64,000 nucleotides of DNA from an uncultured Acidobacteriota bacterium. GTDB taxonomy: Bacteria > Acidobacteriota > Vicinamibacteria > Vicinamibacterales > 2-12-FULL-66-21. Below, piece by piece: positions 28,934 to 37,411 of this stretch. Under the pieces are notes generated by a model. It ran no database searches, was not told the DNA's origin, and saw only the letters and a program-made list of their open reading frames with translations. How positions within the stretch are numbered: position 1 is the stretch's first letter; the number at the start of each line of letters is the position of its first letter. The DNA lies in NCBI GenBank assembly GCA_963839705.1, contig CAWIWL010000008.1:577629-641628 (forward strand), in the 5' to 3' direction. The position numbers were made by a program, and so were the translations under genes.

Positions 28934-29725
28934 TCACTGCGCCTGCAAGTACTTCGTGAAGAAATAGAAGACAGGTGCCGCAAACAACCAGCTGTCGATG
29001 CGGTCCAGTATGCCGCCATGACCTGGAATCAGCGTCGAGGAATCCTTCACGCCGGCGCTGCGCTTCAGGAGCGACTCGAACAGATCCCCTGCCATCCCGA
29101 GCACCACGACGGCGACCGACGTGCCTATGAGCAGCCAGAGGTTGACGTCTCTGAAGACTTCGAGTCCTCCATATGTCATGGCGGCCGTGCCGAACACCAG
29201 CCCGCCGACGGCGCCCTCGATGGTCTTACTCGGGCTGATCTTCGGCGCCAGTTTGTGACGGCCGAGCGCCCGCCCGGTGTAGTACTGAGCCGAGTCGCTC
29301 ACGACGATCGTCGCCATGAGCAGCAGGGTCGCGTCGCGCCCGCCGATCGACCTGACGGCGGCGAGCGCGCCGAGCGGGACGCCGATGTAGAGCAGCGGGA
29401 AGAGCGACGCCGACGCGTCGCGGAGCGCTTCGGGTCCCGGCTGACCACGGGCGATGGTAAGGACGCCAATCCAGATCAGGGCGGCGAGACAGACGAGCTC
29501 GAGCGGCGGTTCGCCGCCGCCGACGGCGACGCACGCCGCGGCGACAGCGGCGCCGCTCGGGATAGTCGGAATCCGCGTGTCGAGCGCAGCGGCAAGATCG
29601 GCGTATTCGGCGAACGCCACGGCCGAGGCCAGCACGGCGAGCAACAGCGTCGCCTCGGGCGGGAGAAACCACACGACGCCAACGACGAGCGCCGCAAGAG
29701 CCAGCGCGCTCAGGACGCGTGCCAT
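28934..29725 (-). CDS. cdsA: phosphatidate cytidylyltransferase
   Basis: Polytopic protein with C-terminal SLLKRSAGVKDSSTLIPGHGGILDRIDS. The ATG at 29725 overlaps the uppS stop (ATGA). Confidence 0.9.
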   Translation of the reverse strand: MARVLSALALAALVVGVVWFLPPEATLLLAVLASAVAFAEYADLAAALDTRIPTIPSGAAVAAACVAVGGGEPPLELVCLAALIWIGVLTIARGQPGPEALRDASASLFPLLYIGVPLGALAAVRSIGGRDATLLLMATIVVSDSAQYYTGRALGRHKLAPKISPSKTIEGAVGGLVFGTAAMTYGGLEVFRDVNLWLLIGTSVAVVVLGMAGDLFESLLKRSAGVKDSSTLIPGHGGILDRIDSWLFAAPVFYFFTKYLQAQ

Positions 29726-30510
29726 CAGCGGCCGGCGACCACAGGCTTGTTGATGCCGCCGTAACGGCGGTCGCGCTTCTGGTAGGCGAGCACGGCTTCG
29801 AGCAGATCGCGCTTCCGGAAATCCGGCCACAGGGTGTCGGTGACCCAGATCTCGGCGTAAGCAATCTGCCAGAGCAGGAAGTTGCTGACACGCATCTCGC
29901 CGCTCGTGCGAATCAGCAGATCGGGATCGGGCTGTCCGGCCGTGTAGAGAAACCCGGCGAAGCGCTGCTCGTCGAGCTCTTCAGGGCGAATCTGTGCCGC
30001 GAGCAGCCGCTTGGCGGCTTCGACAATCTCGGCGCGCCCGCCGTAGTTGAGCGCGATGTTGAAGAGCATGCCGGTATTCGCCGCTGTCTTGGCTTCCGCC
30101 GCCTTCAACTCGTCGCGAATGTCCCTGGCCAGCTCCCCTTCGCGGCCGATGACACGAAAGCGGATGTTGTTGCGGAGGAGCGTGTTCAATTCGAGGCGGA
30201 GGTAGCGTTTGAGGAGCGACATGAGCGTCGACACCTCCATCGCCGGACGCTTCCAGTTCTCGACCGAGAACGCATAGAGCGTGAGCACCTCGATGCCGAG
30301 GCGGGCCGAGCCTTCGACGACGTCGCGGACCGAGTCGATGCCGGCGCGATGTCCCTCGACGCGCGGCAGGTGCCGTTGTGCGGCCCAGCGGCCGTTGCCG
30401 TCCATGATGACGGCGACATGGCGTGGCAGGCGGTCGAAGTCGACCTGGCGGGCGAGCGCCTCGTCAGGTGAGCCGGACGTCAGAGCGGACAGGAAGTCTT
30501 CGAGCGCCAT
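29725..30510 (-). CDS. uppS: isoprenyl transferase (undecaprenyl diphosphate synthase family)
   Basis: HVAVIMDGNGRWA, TLYAFSVENWKRP, ALNYGGR and IRTSGEMRVSNFLLWQ motifs. Confidence 0.95.
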   Translation of the reverse strand: MALEDFLSALTSGSPDEALARQVDFDRLPRHVAVIMDGNGRWAAQRHLPRVEGHRAGIDSVRDVVEGSARLGIEVLTLYAFSVENWKRPAMEVSTLMSLLKRYLRLELNTLLRNNIRFRVIGREGELARDIRDELKAAEAKTAANTGMLFNIALNYGGRAEIVEAAKRLLAAQIRPEELDEQRFAGFLYTAGQPDPDLLIRTSGEMRVSNFLLWQIAYAEIWVTDTLWPDFRKRDLLEAVLAYQKRDRRYGGINKPVVAGR

Positions 30511-30586
30511 CGTGTCAGCGTGGCAAGTAAACCCCGATGATACAAAGTCTTACGGGGGCATTCAAGGCGCGACGATTGTGCTTTGT

Positions 30587-30592
30587 ATTATA
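30587..30592 (-). promoter_or_regulatory. possible -10 box (TATAAT on minus strand) in an AT-rich island upstream of uppS
   Basis: The only AT-rich stretch in the spacer (gctttgtattataaagc, itself a small hairpin). No good -35 box found. Confidence 0.2.
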
Positions 30593-30607
30593 AAGCAAAA
30601 CGGAGTT

Positions 30608-30693
30608 CAGGGATCCGGGATAAGGGGTCAGGGATCAGGCGGGAGTCCGCGAATGATGGTCAGAGGTGTTTCCGATCCCGATCCCTGATCCCC
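30608..30693. repeat. GGGATC-word palindromic element (sister of 1857-1956) overlapping the truA 3' end
   Basis: The arm cagggatccgggataaggggtcagggatcagg (30608-30639) faces ccgatcccgatccctgatcccc (30672-30693). The truA stop (30628-30630) and its last ~20 codons lie inside it. Confidence 0.7.
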
Positions 30694-31471
30694 GTAGTCG
30701 ACACCGACGAGAAAGAGACCCGATGCCGGCGCGGCTCGTCCCGCACGCGAGCGATCGCGCCCCTCGATGATCCCGGCAACGTGACTCGACGGCCAGCGCC
30801 CCAGGCCGACGTCGACGAGCGTGCCGGCGATCGTCCGGACCATGTGCCGCAGGAATCCGTCGCCCGTCACGCGAATGACCAGCGGGGTCAGACGCTGGTC
30901 TGACCCCGGTTTGACCCCGGTCTGACCCCGGTCTGCCCCCACGGAGATCGACAGGATTGTGCGCTCCGTTGTGTGCACCTCGCCGCCGGTCGACTGAAAC
31001 GCGGCGAAGTCGTGACGGCCGAGGAGCGACTGGGCCCCGACGCGCATCGCCTCGACGTCGAGCGTACCGGGCACGTGCCAGACGTAGCGATGCTCGAAGG
31101 CGGAGACGAACGGGCCGTTGGCGATTCGATACTCGTAGGTCTTCGAGATCGCATCGAAGCGCGCGTGGAAGCCTGGCTGCGCATCCTCGACGGATACGAT
31201 GCGGACGTCGGCGGGGAGGACCGAGTTCAGCGCGCGCTGCAGCGTGGCGGCGTGGTGTTCGGTGCGGGTCTGGACGCTGGCAACCTGCCCGAGCGCGTGG
31301 ACTCCCGCATCGGTCCGGCCGGCCCCGTGCACGGTGAGCGACCCGCCTTCGAACGGTCCCAGCGCCTCTTCGAGCAGCCCCTGGATCGAGACGCCTTCGG
31401 CCTGACGCTGCCAGCCAACGTAGTTCGTCCCGTCGGTACTGGACGGTCAGCTTCAGCGTGCGCTGGGCCAC
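30628..31471 (-). pseudogene. truA: tRNA pseudouridine(38-40) synthase TruA, reading frame broken by a 1-nt insertion (possibly an assembly error)
   Basis: GTG 31471 gives VAQRTLKLTVQY in one frame. DGTNYVGWQRQAEGVSIQGLLEEALGPFEGGSLTVHGAGRTDAGVHALGQV follows in the next frame. The two join if one C of minus-strand TAC-C-GAC (plus 31435/31436) is removed. GFLRHMVR motif present. Confidence 0.85.
30884..30940. repeat. hairpin plus 11-nt tandem repeats inside the truA coding sequence
   Basis: ggggtcagac-gctg-gtctgacccc, then ggtttgacccc, ggtctgacccc, ggtctgccccc. These encode GADRGQTGVKPGSDQRL, inserted before the GDGFLRHMVR segment. Confidence 0.85.
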
Positions 31472-31491
31472 GGCATCATCGGCGCCGGCCG

Positions 31492-32064
31492 CTACGAGGC
31501 CCTCGAGCCGGGCTTGACGACCGGAATCCCCTTGGCGCAGAGCGGACAGGCCTCGGGTGCGTAGGACGGCACCTCGAGGCGCACGAGCGACTGCGTCGGC
31601 AGGTTGAGCCGCGACGGGTCGGAGCCTCGATCGATGATCGCGGCGGCGCCCGTCACTTGCGCGCCGAACGACTGTGCGGCGGCAATCGTCTCGCGCGTGG
31701 ACCCGCCAGTCGTAATCACGTCTTCGACGACGAGCACGCGATCCAACGCGTCGAGGCTGAACCCGCGACGGAGCACGAGCGTTCCCTCCTGGCGCTCCGC
31801 GAAAATCGCCCGGACACAAAGCGCGCGCCCGACTTCCTGGCCGATGACGATGCCGCCGAGCGCCGGTGACAGGACGACCGTCGGCTGCATGTGGCGCGTC
31901 CGATCGGCCAGCGCGTGTCCAAGCGCCCCGGCGAACTCCGGGTACTGCAGCACCAGCGCGCTCTGCAGGTAGCGATCGCTGTGCAGGCCCGACGACAGCC
32001 GGAAATGCCCCTCGAGGAGCGCACCGGACTTCCGGAACAGATCGAGCACGCTATCCTGCTCCAC
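31492..32064 (-). CDS. pyrE: orotate phosphoribosyltransferase
   Basis: 190 aa from GTG 32064, overlapping the upstream TAG by 1 nt. GHFRLSSGLHSDRYLQ, PRPP loop VLVVEDVITTGGST and C-terminal CPLC. The longer track ORF (to 32874) is an antisense artefact. Confidence 0.9.
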   Translation of the reverse strand: MEQDSVLDLFRKSGALLEGHFRLSSGLHSDRYLQSALVLQYPEFAGALGHALADRTRHMQPTVVLSPALGGIVIGQEVGRALCVRAIFAERQEGTLVLRRGFSLDALDRVLVVEDVITTGGSTRETIAAAQSFGAQVTGAAAIIDRGSDPSRLNLPTQSLVRLEVPSYAPEACPLCAKGIPVVKPGSRAS

Positions 32065-34544
32065 TAGGGGGCCGCCTTCCCGCTCCGGGTCCGGAGGTTG
32101 TCGTCGAACAGCTTGAGAATGCGCTTGTACTCGTCGGCCCAGCTCGTTTCCTCGGTGAAGCCGTGGTTCTCTACCGGGTAGGCCGCGAGCTCCCAGTTCT
32201 CCTTGCGCAGTTCGATGAGCCGCTGGACCAGCCGCACCGAATCCTGGAAATGGACGTTGGTGTCGACCATGCCGTGGCAGATGAGCAGCGCGCCCTTCAA
32301 CCCTTCGGCGAAATAGATCGGCGAGCTCTTGCGATACGCCTCGGCGTCTTTCTGCGGATTGTTGAGGATGTTCGACGTGTAGCCATGGTTGTAATGCGCC
32401 CAGTCGGTCACGGGCCTCAGCGCCGCACCCGCCGCGAAGACGTCCGGCGTCGTGAACATTCCCATGAGCGTGATGAACCCGCCGTAGCTTCCGCCGTAGA
32501 CGCCGATGCGCTTCGGATCCACCTTCTCGGCGGCCGTCAGGTACTTGGCTCCGTCGACGATGTCCTCGAGGTCCTTGCCACCCATGAACCGGTAGATCGA
32601 CGTGCGCCAGTCGCGTCCGTACCCCGAGCTCGCCCGATAGTCGACGTCCAGCACGACGTAGCCGCGTGCGGCGAGCAGGTTGTGGAACATGTACTCGCGG
32701 AAGTAGGTGGACCAGTACTTGTGCGCATTCTGGAGGTAGCCCGCGCCGTGCACGAAGACCACGCCCGGTCGCGTCGGGTCGCGCCGCGCACCGATCATCT
32801 CCGGCGTGAAGAGCCGCGCATGGACGTCTACGCCGTCTCGCGCTTTGAACGTGATGACCTTCGGGTCGATCCACTTGAACGACCGCCAGGCCTCCGTCGG
32901 AGTCGTCGTGACTTGAGTTGCCTGCGCGCCCACCGCGTTCGGCATCACGTACACCTCGGGCGGCTTGTTGCTATAGGAGAACACCAGGCCGAGCGTCGAC
33001 TCGTCCGGCGAGACTTCGGCCTGATTGGAACCGGCCATCGACGTGACCTTCGTGCGCGCGCCGCCATCGATCGGGAGCGTGTAGAGGTGCCGCTCGCCCG
33101 GGTGAACCTCGCTCGTCGTCAAGTAGAACTTCCGGCCGGCGCGCGCCACTTCCGCCGACACTACCTCCCACTTCCCAGACGTCAACTGCACCGGCTTCGC
33201 GCTCTCGGCTGATACGTCGAGCGTGTAGAGGTGCATCCAACCGTCGCGTTCGGAGAGAAACCAGATCCGCTTGTTATCGGGCAGGAACTCGACGGACGGA
33301 CCGCCGAAGCCTCCGCCCGCTTCCCGCACCCATGCGTCGTCGTGCAGCAAATCGATCACGCGGGCCTTGCCCGATTCCGGGTCGAGCACCACGTGCCAGC
33401 GATCCTTGTTATCCGCCGCGCGGGCCGATGCGACAACGTACTTGCCGTCGTCGGACACCGCGGGCATCGACCACCGCAGGTCTCGTTCCGCGCGACGCGC
33501 GGGCCGCGCGTCAGCGGGCGTCCCGGCGGCGGGTTTGTCGGCCGGGCTGTCGGCGGAATCGGCGGGCGGGGACGGCGCGAAGCTGCCGTCAGCCCAGACG
33601 GTCTTGCCCGTTTTGAGGTTCAGCACGCCGAGCAGCCGGCGATCCTGCGTGTCGCCGACATTCGATCGGCCCGGGATGTCCTCGGTGTATCCGGTTTCGG
33701 TCACGTAGTTCGGCACGATCGTCGGCTTCACGCCGGCCGCACGCTCGGCGATGACGACGAAGACGTGCGTATCGTCGGGCGAAAGCATCAGATCCGCAGC
33801 CGTCTGGCGGTCCTGCAGCTCGAAGGTGGGAAGCTTGCTCTTCTTCTGTTCGTCCTCGGCTTTCTTCTTCTCGGCCTTCTGCTTCTCGACGAAGTCGATG
33901 AGCTTCTCCTCTTCGTCGCGGAGGAACCGCTGGCTGTCGGTCAGTCGCGGCTCCGGCCGGCGCGGAGCGATGTCGGTCAGCTGCGTCAAGACCGGCGATC
34001 CACCAGCGTCGATCGGGGCGATGAAGAGGTTTCCCTCACGCATCCAGGTGACGTGCGTCTCGTTGCGCGCCCAGCGCGGGCTCGACTCAGCGCCGGCGGT
34101 CTTCGTAAGCAGACGTCGGCTACCCGAAACGGTGTCAACCATGACGACGTCGCCGCCGTCTACAAAGAGGACGCGGCGTCGGGCCTTGTCCCAGCGGCCG
34201 CCGGCCGGCGGCGGAATGTTCTTCGCCTCGTCTTCGGACAGCTTGCGGGGCGTTCCGCCCGCGCGGCCGACGACGTAGGTCGAGGCCTTGTCTTCTTTGG
34301 GCTTCCGCCAGTCGAAGTAGAGCTTCTGGGAGTCGGCGGCCCACCTGAGGCCGGTCGGCGGATACCCGACGAGGTCTGACCCGCGCATGATGCTGTCGAC
34401 CGTCAGCTCGAACCGCCCGTTGACGGCTTCAGCCGGCCCGTTCTTCAGGGCAGGCGCGGGCGCCGCGCTCCGTTGAGCCTGGAGGACCGGCGCGGCCACC
34501 AGTAGGAGGGCTGCCGCGAAACCAACACTATTTGCGCGCATCAA
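32064..34544 (-). CDS. S9 family serine peptidase (DPP-IV/prolyl oligopeptidase-like) with N-terminal beta-propeller
   Basis: Signal peptide and a long propeller region. The C-terminal hydrolase domain has GVYGGSYGGF (nucleophile), CHGMVDTNV and ENHGF. Confidence 0.85.
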   Translation of the reverse strand: MMRANSVGFAAALLLVAAPVLQAQRSAAPAPALKNGPAEAVNGRFELTVDSIMRGSDLVGYPPTGLRWAADSQKLYFDWRKPKEDKASTYVVGRAGGTPRKLSEDEAKNIPPPAGGRWDKARRRVLFVDGGDVVMVDTVSGSRRLLTKTAGAESSPRWARNETHVTWMREGNLFIAPIDAGGSPVLTQLTDIAPRRPEPRLTDSQRFLRDEEEKLIDFVEKQKAEKKKAEDEQKKSKLPTFELQDRQTAADLMLSPDDTHVFVVIAERAAGVKPTIVPNYVTETGYTEDIPGRSNVGDTQDRRLLGVLNLKTGKTVWADGSFAPSPPADSADSPADKPAAGTPADARPARRAERDLRWSMPAVSDDGKYVVASARAADNKDRWHVVLDPESGKARVIDLLHDDAWVREAGGGFGGPSVEFLPDNKRIWFLSERDGWMHLYTLDVSAESAKPVQLTSGKWEVVSAEVARAGRKFYLTTSEVHPGERHLYTLPIDGGARTKVTSMAGSNQAEVSPDESTLGLVFSYSNKPPEVYVMPNAVGAQATQVTTTPTEAWRSFKWIDPKVITFKARDGVDVHARLFTPEMIGARRDPTRPGVVFVHGAGYLQNAHKYWSTYFREYMFHNLLAARGYVVLDVDYRASSGYGRDWRTSIYRFMGGKDLEDIVDGAKYLTAAEKVDPKRIGVYGGSYGGFITLMGMFTTPDVFAAGAALRPVTDWAHYNHGYTSNILNNPQKDAEAYRKSSPIYFAEGLKGALLICHGMVDTNVHFQDSVRLVQRLIELRKENWELAAYPVENHGFTEETSWADEYKRILKLFDDNLRTRSGKAAP

Positions 34545-34705
34545 CGTCTAATCCTTGGAATCAGGTGCCAGTCGGGGAGCTCGGGCCGGCCCAGGCCGCT
34601 CGATCCAGCAGTATACACTCGGGAAATCGCCCAATTCGCGAGCGCGCCCGGTTCTTGCAGCTTCCCCACCCGGTCTATACCGTCACTTATTTTGGAGAGA
34701 ATGTA

Positions 34706-36346
34706 ATGCGTGTGAAAGCCCAAATATCTGCCTCTGTTCGCGTCGTGGGCGCCGTCGTCATGGCGATATCGCTGTTCGCTTCCGGGCCCGCACTGTCCGC
34801 TTCCGGACAGGCCCAGGCGCCACCTTCAGCCTCACAGCCGGCGAGGCCGCTCGATGCCTCGGCCGCCCCCACAGTCCTGAAGATCACGCCAGATGAGGCC
34901 GTCCGGATGGCCCTCGAGAACAACCTGGGTGTGAAAGCCGATCGGCTGGGTCCCCAGATTCAGACCTACGCGGTAGCCGAAGCCCGGGCCGCGTACGCGC
35001 TGAACCTGACCGCTCAGACGTTTACGCGGAGCGCGACGGCGCCTCCAACGGACTTCCTCACGACCGGCGCGGACAACAGCATCCTGTCCAGCGACAACTT
35101 CACCACCGGCGCCGGCATTCAGCAGTTCGTGCCATGGGGTGGCGGACGGTATACCCTCGGCATCGACGCATCGCGGCTGAAAACGAACAACCCCACGAAC
35201 CCGTTCAATCCACAAGTCGATTCGAGCCTGACCGCCTCCTATACGCAGCCCCTGTTGAGGAACTTCTCAATCGACGGCGCGCGGCAGAACTTGCTGCAAA
35301 GCCAGAAGAGTCAGGAGATCGCCGACGTGCAACTTCGGCAGACGCTGACGCAGACCTCGAGGGCCGTTCGCAACTCCTACTTCAACCTGGTGAATGCCAT
35401 CGGCCAGCTGCAGGTGGCGCAGAAGTCGCTCGAACTGGCGCAGACCTCACTCAAGAACAACGAGAAGAAGGTCGAGCTCGGCACGATTGCGCCGATCGAT
35501 ATCGTTCAGGCCCAGGCCGAAGTCGCGCGCACCGAGGAGCAAGTGATCGTGGCCGAAGGCCAGATTCAGTCGGCGGAGGACGCCCTCCGAGTGCTCGTCA
35601 TGAACCCATCGCAGCCGGACTTCTGGACGACGAAGCTGGTCCCTGGCGAACAGCCGACGCTTGCGCCGCAGCCGCTCAACGTCGAGGCCGCCATCGCCAA
35701 TGCGCTGGCCAACCGCACCGATCTCACCCAGTCGCGGAAGCAGACGGAACAGACCGACATCAGCATGAAGTACCTGCGCAACCAGCAACTCCCGTCGATC
35801 GACGTCACGGGCAACTACAACGTCCAGGGCGTTGCCGGCACGCAGTTCCAGTTCGATCGGAATTCGGCGGCGTTCCCTCCGCCGATTCTCAGCCAGTCGC
35901 AGCGCAGCTTCGGGGATGCGCTGCAGGACGTGTTCGGCAACGATTTCAAGACGTGGAGCCTGACGGTCAATGTGAGCTACCCCCTCGGGACGAGCGCCGC
36001 GGAAGCAGGCCTGGCCCAGGCTCGGCTGCAGCGCGAGCAGCAGACGACCAATCAGCGCGATCTCGAGACCATCGTCGTCGCGCAGGTCCGGGACGCCGCC
36101 AGACAGGTAACGACGGCGCTGAAACGGGTGGAAACGACGCAGAAAGCCCGCGAGCTCGCCGAGCAGAACCTGCAGGCGTATGAGAAGCGTCTCGCCGTCG
36201 GCCTGTCCGACACGTTCCTCGTGATCCAGGCGCAGCGCGATCTCACGACCCAGCTGAACAACGAACTGTCCGCGATCATTTCCTACAACCGCGCGCTGAT
36301 TAACTTCGAAGCCGTCCAGGTCGTTCCCCCCGGCGGAGGTTTCTAG
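34706..36346 (+). CDS. TolC family outer membrane efflux protein
   Basis: Signal peptide MRVKAQISASVRVVGAVVMAISLFASGPALSASG. Two OEP repeats with characteristic coiled segments (LRQTLTQTSRAVRNSYFNL...; LQREQQTTNQRDLE...). ATG at 34706. Confidence 0.85.
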   Translation: MRVKAQISASVRVVGAVVMAISLFASGPALSASGQAQAPPSASQPARPLDASAAPTVLKITPDEAVRMALENNLGVKADRLGPQIQTYAVAEARAAYALNLTAQTFTRSATAPPTDFLTTGADNSILSSDNFTTGAGIQQFVPWGGGRYTLGIDASRLKTNNPTNPFNPQVDSSLTASYTQPLLRNFSIDGARQNLLQSQKSQEIADVQLRQTLTQTSRAVRNSYFNLVNAIGQLQVAQKSLELAQTSLKNNEKKVELGTIAPIDIVQAQAEVARTEEQVIVAEGQIQSAEDALRVLVMNPSQPDFWTTKLVPGEQPTLAPQPLNVEAAIANALANRTDLTQSRKQTEQTDISMKYLRNQQLPSIDVTGNYNVQGVAGTQFQFDRNSAAFPPPILSQSQRSFGDALQDVFGNDFKTWSLTVNVSYPLGTSAAEAGLAQARLQREQQTTNQRDLETIVVAQVRDAARQVTTALKRVETTQKARELAEQNLQAYEKRLAVGLSDTFLVIQAQRDLTTQLNNELSAIISYNRALINFEAVQVVPPGGGF

Positions 36347-36350
36347 CCGC

Positions 36351-36428
36351 CACCGTGGCTTCCGCCTTCAGGCGGAGGGCCGCCCGACCGGGCTGCTGCG
36401 CTTCCGCCTGAAGGCGGAAGCCACGGTG
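36351..36428. repeat. 26-bp perfect inverted repeat (REP-like, each arm itself palindromic)
   Basis: caccgtggcttccgccttcaggcgga (36351-36376) is the exact reverse complement of 36403-36428, with a 26-nt spacer. Inner palindrome ccgcc-ttca-ggcgg. Sits 4 nt after the TolC stop. Confidence 0.85.
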
Positions 36429-36460
36429 TTGTACTGCTGTACCGGTGCTACACTCCCCGT

Positions 36461-37411
36461 GTGAGGCTGACCGTGACGGTCATCACGCGGAACGAGGCGG
36501 CCAACATCGAGGGCGCGCTCGAATCGGTCAAGTGGGCCGACGAAATCGTCGTCGTCGATTCCCATAGCGCCGACGAAACCGTGGCGCTCGCCGGGCGCTA
36601 CGCCGCGCGGATCGTCGTCCACGACTGGGCGGGATACAGCGCCCAGCGCAACTACGCGGCCGAGATCGCGTCGCACGACTGGATTCTCGCGATCGACGCC
36701 GACGAACGTGTGCCGCCGCAGCTCGCATCCGAGATCCAGCGCATCATGCGCGACGGGTCGGATGTGGGCGGCTACCGCATGCCGCGCGTCTGGTCCTACC
36801 TCGGACGCTGGATCCGCGGCACTGACTGGTATCCCGACTATCAGCTGCGGCTCTACGATCGGCGTGTGGGCTGCTTCAACGGCAAGCGCGTACACGAGTC
36901 GGTCGAGCTGAAGCAGGGCCGGCCGGGCACTCTCGAGCACGACCTCCAGCACTACCCCTACCGCGACATCTCGGATCACGTCACGAGCATCGATCACTAC
37001 ACGACGCTCGCCGCCGAGGAGTGGTTCTCCGAGGGCCGGCGGACCAATCCGGTCGAGGCCGCGGTGCACCCGCCGGCGGCATTCCTGCGCAACTACATCG
37101 TCCGCGGCGGTTTTCGGGACGGCACCGCCGGTTTCCTGATTTCCATCCTCAACTCGTACTACGTGTTCCTCAAAATCCTCAAGCTCTGGGAGCTGCAGCG
37201 CGGCTTCCGAACGCCGGGCCCCGGCGAAGCGCCCGGCGCGAGCAGCGCCCGCCGCCGCCCGAAATTTGCCCGAACGCCCAACGTCGAAGGCCGGGCCGCG
37301 TCGGCAGCGGCAGCGGCCGGCGATCCTCTCTCCTCGGCTTCCAAGGCCACGCTCAGCGCTCCGCCCTCCTCGCCCGTCTCACCGCCTCCGGCACTCCGCC
37401 ACCCGCAGTAG
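36461..37411 (+). CDS. family 2 glycosyltransferase with a ~70-aa low-complexity C-terminal tail
   Basis: LTVTVITRNEAANIEGAL...VVVDSHSADET...AIDADE (DxD-type motif). The tail is rich in A/P/S. Confidence 0.8.
   Translation: MRLTVTVITRNEAANIEGALESVKWADEIVVVDSHSADETVALAGRYAARIVVHDWAGYSAQRNYAAEIASHDWILAIDADERVPPQLASEIQRIMRDGSDVGGYRMPRVWSYLGRWIRGTDWYPDYQLRLYDRRVGCFNGKRVHESVELKQGRPGTLEHDLQHYPYRDISDHVTSIDHYTTLAAEEWFSEGRRTNPVEAAVHPPAAFLRNYIVRGGFRDGTAGFLISILNSYYVFLKILKLWELQRGFRTPGPGEAPGASSARRRPKFARTPNVEGRAASAAAAAGDPLSSASKATLSAPPSSPVSPPPALRHPQ

Noticed and set aside
30635-31819. 394-aa minus-strand ORF spanning truA and pyrE
   Set aside because: Only its short segment VAQRTLKLTVQY is real (the truA 5' end before the frameshift). 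The rest is out of frame with truA and pyrE.
32065-32874. Upstream two-thirds of track ORF 31492..32874
   Set aside because: Only the last 190 codons (from GTG 32064) are pyrE. The remainder is an alternate frame of the S9 peptidase gene on the same strand.
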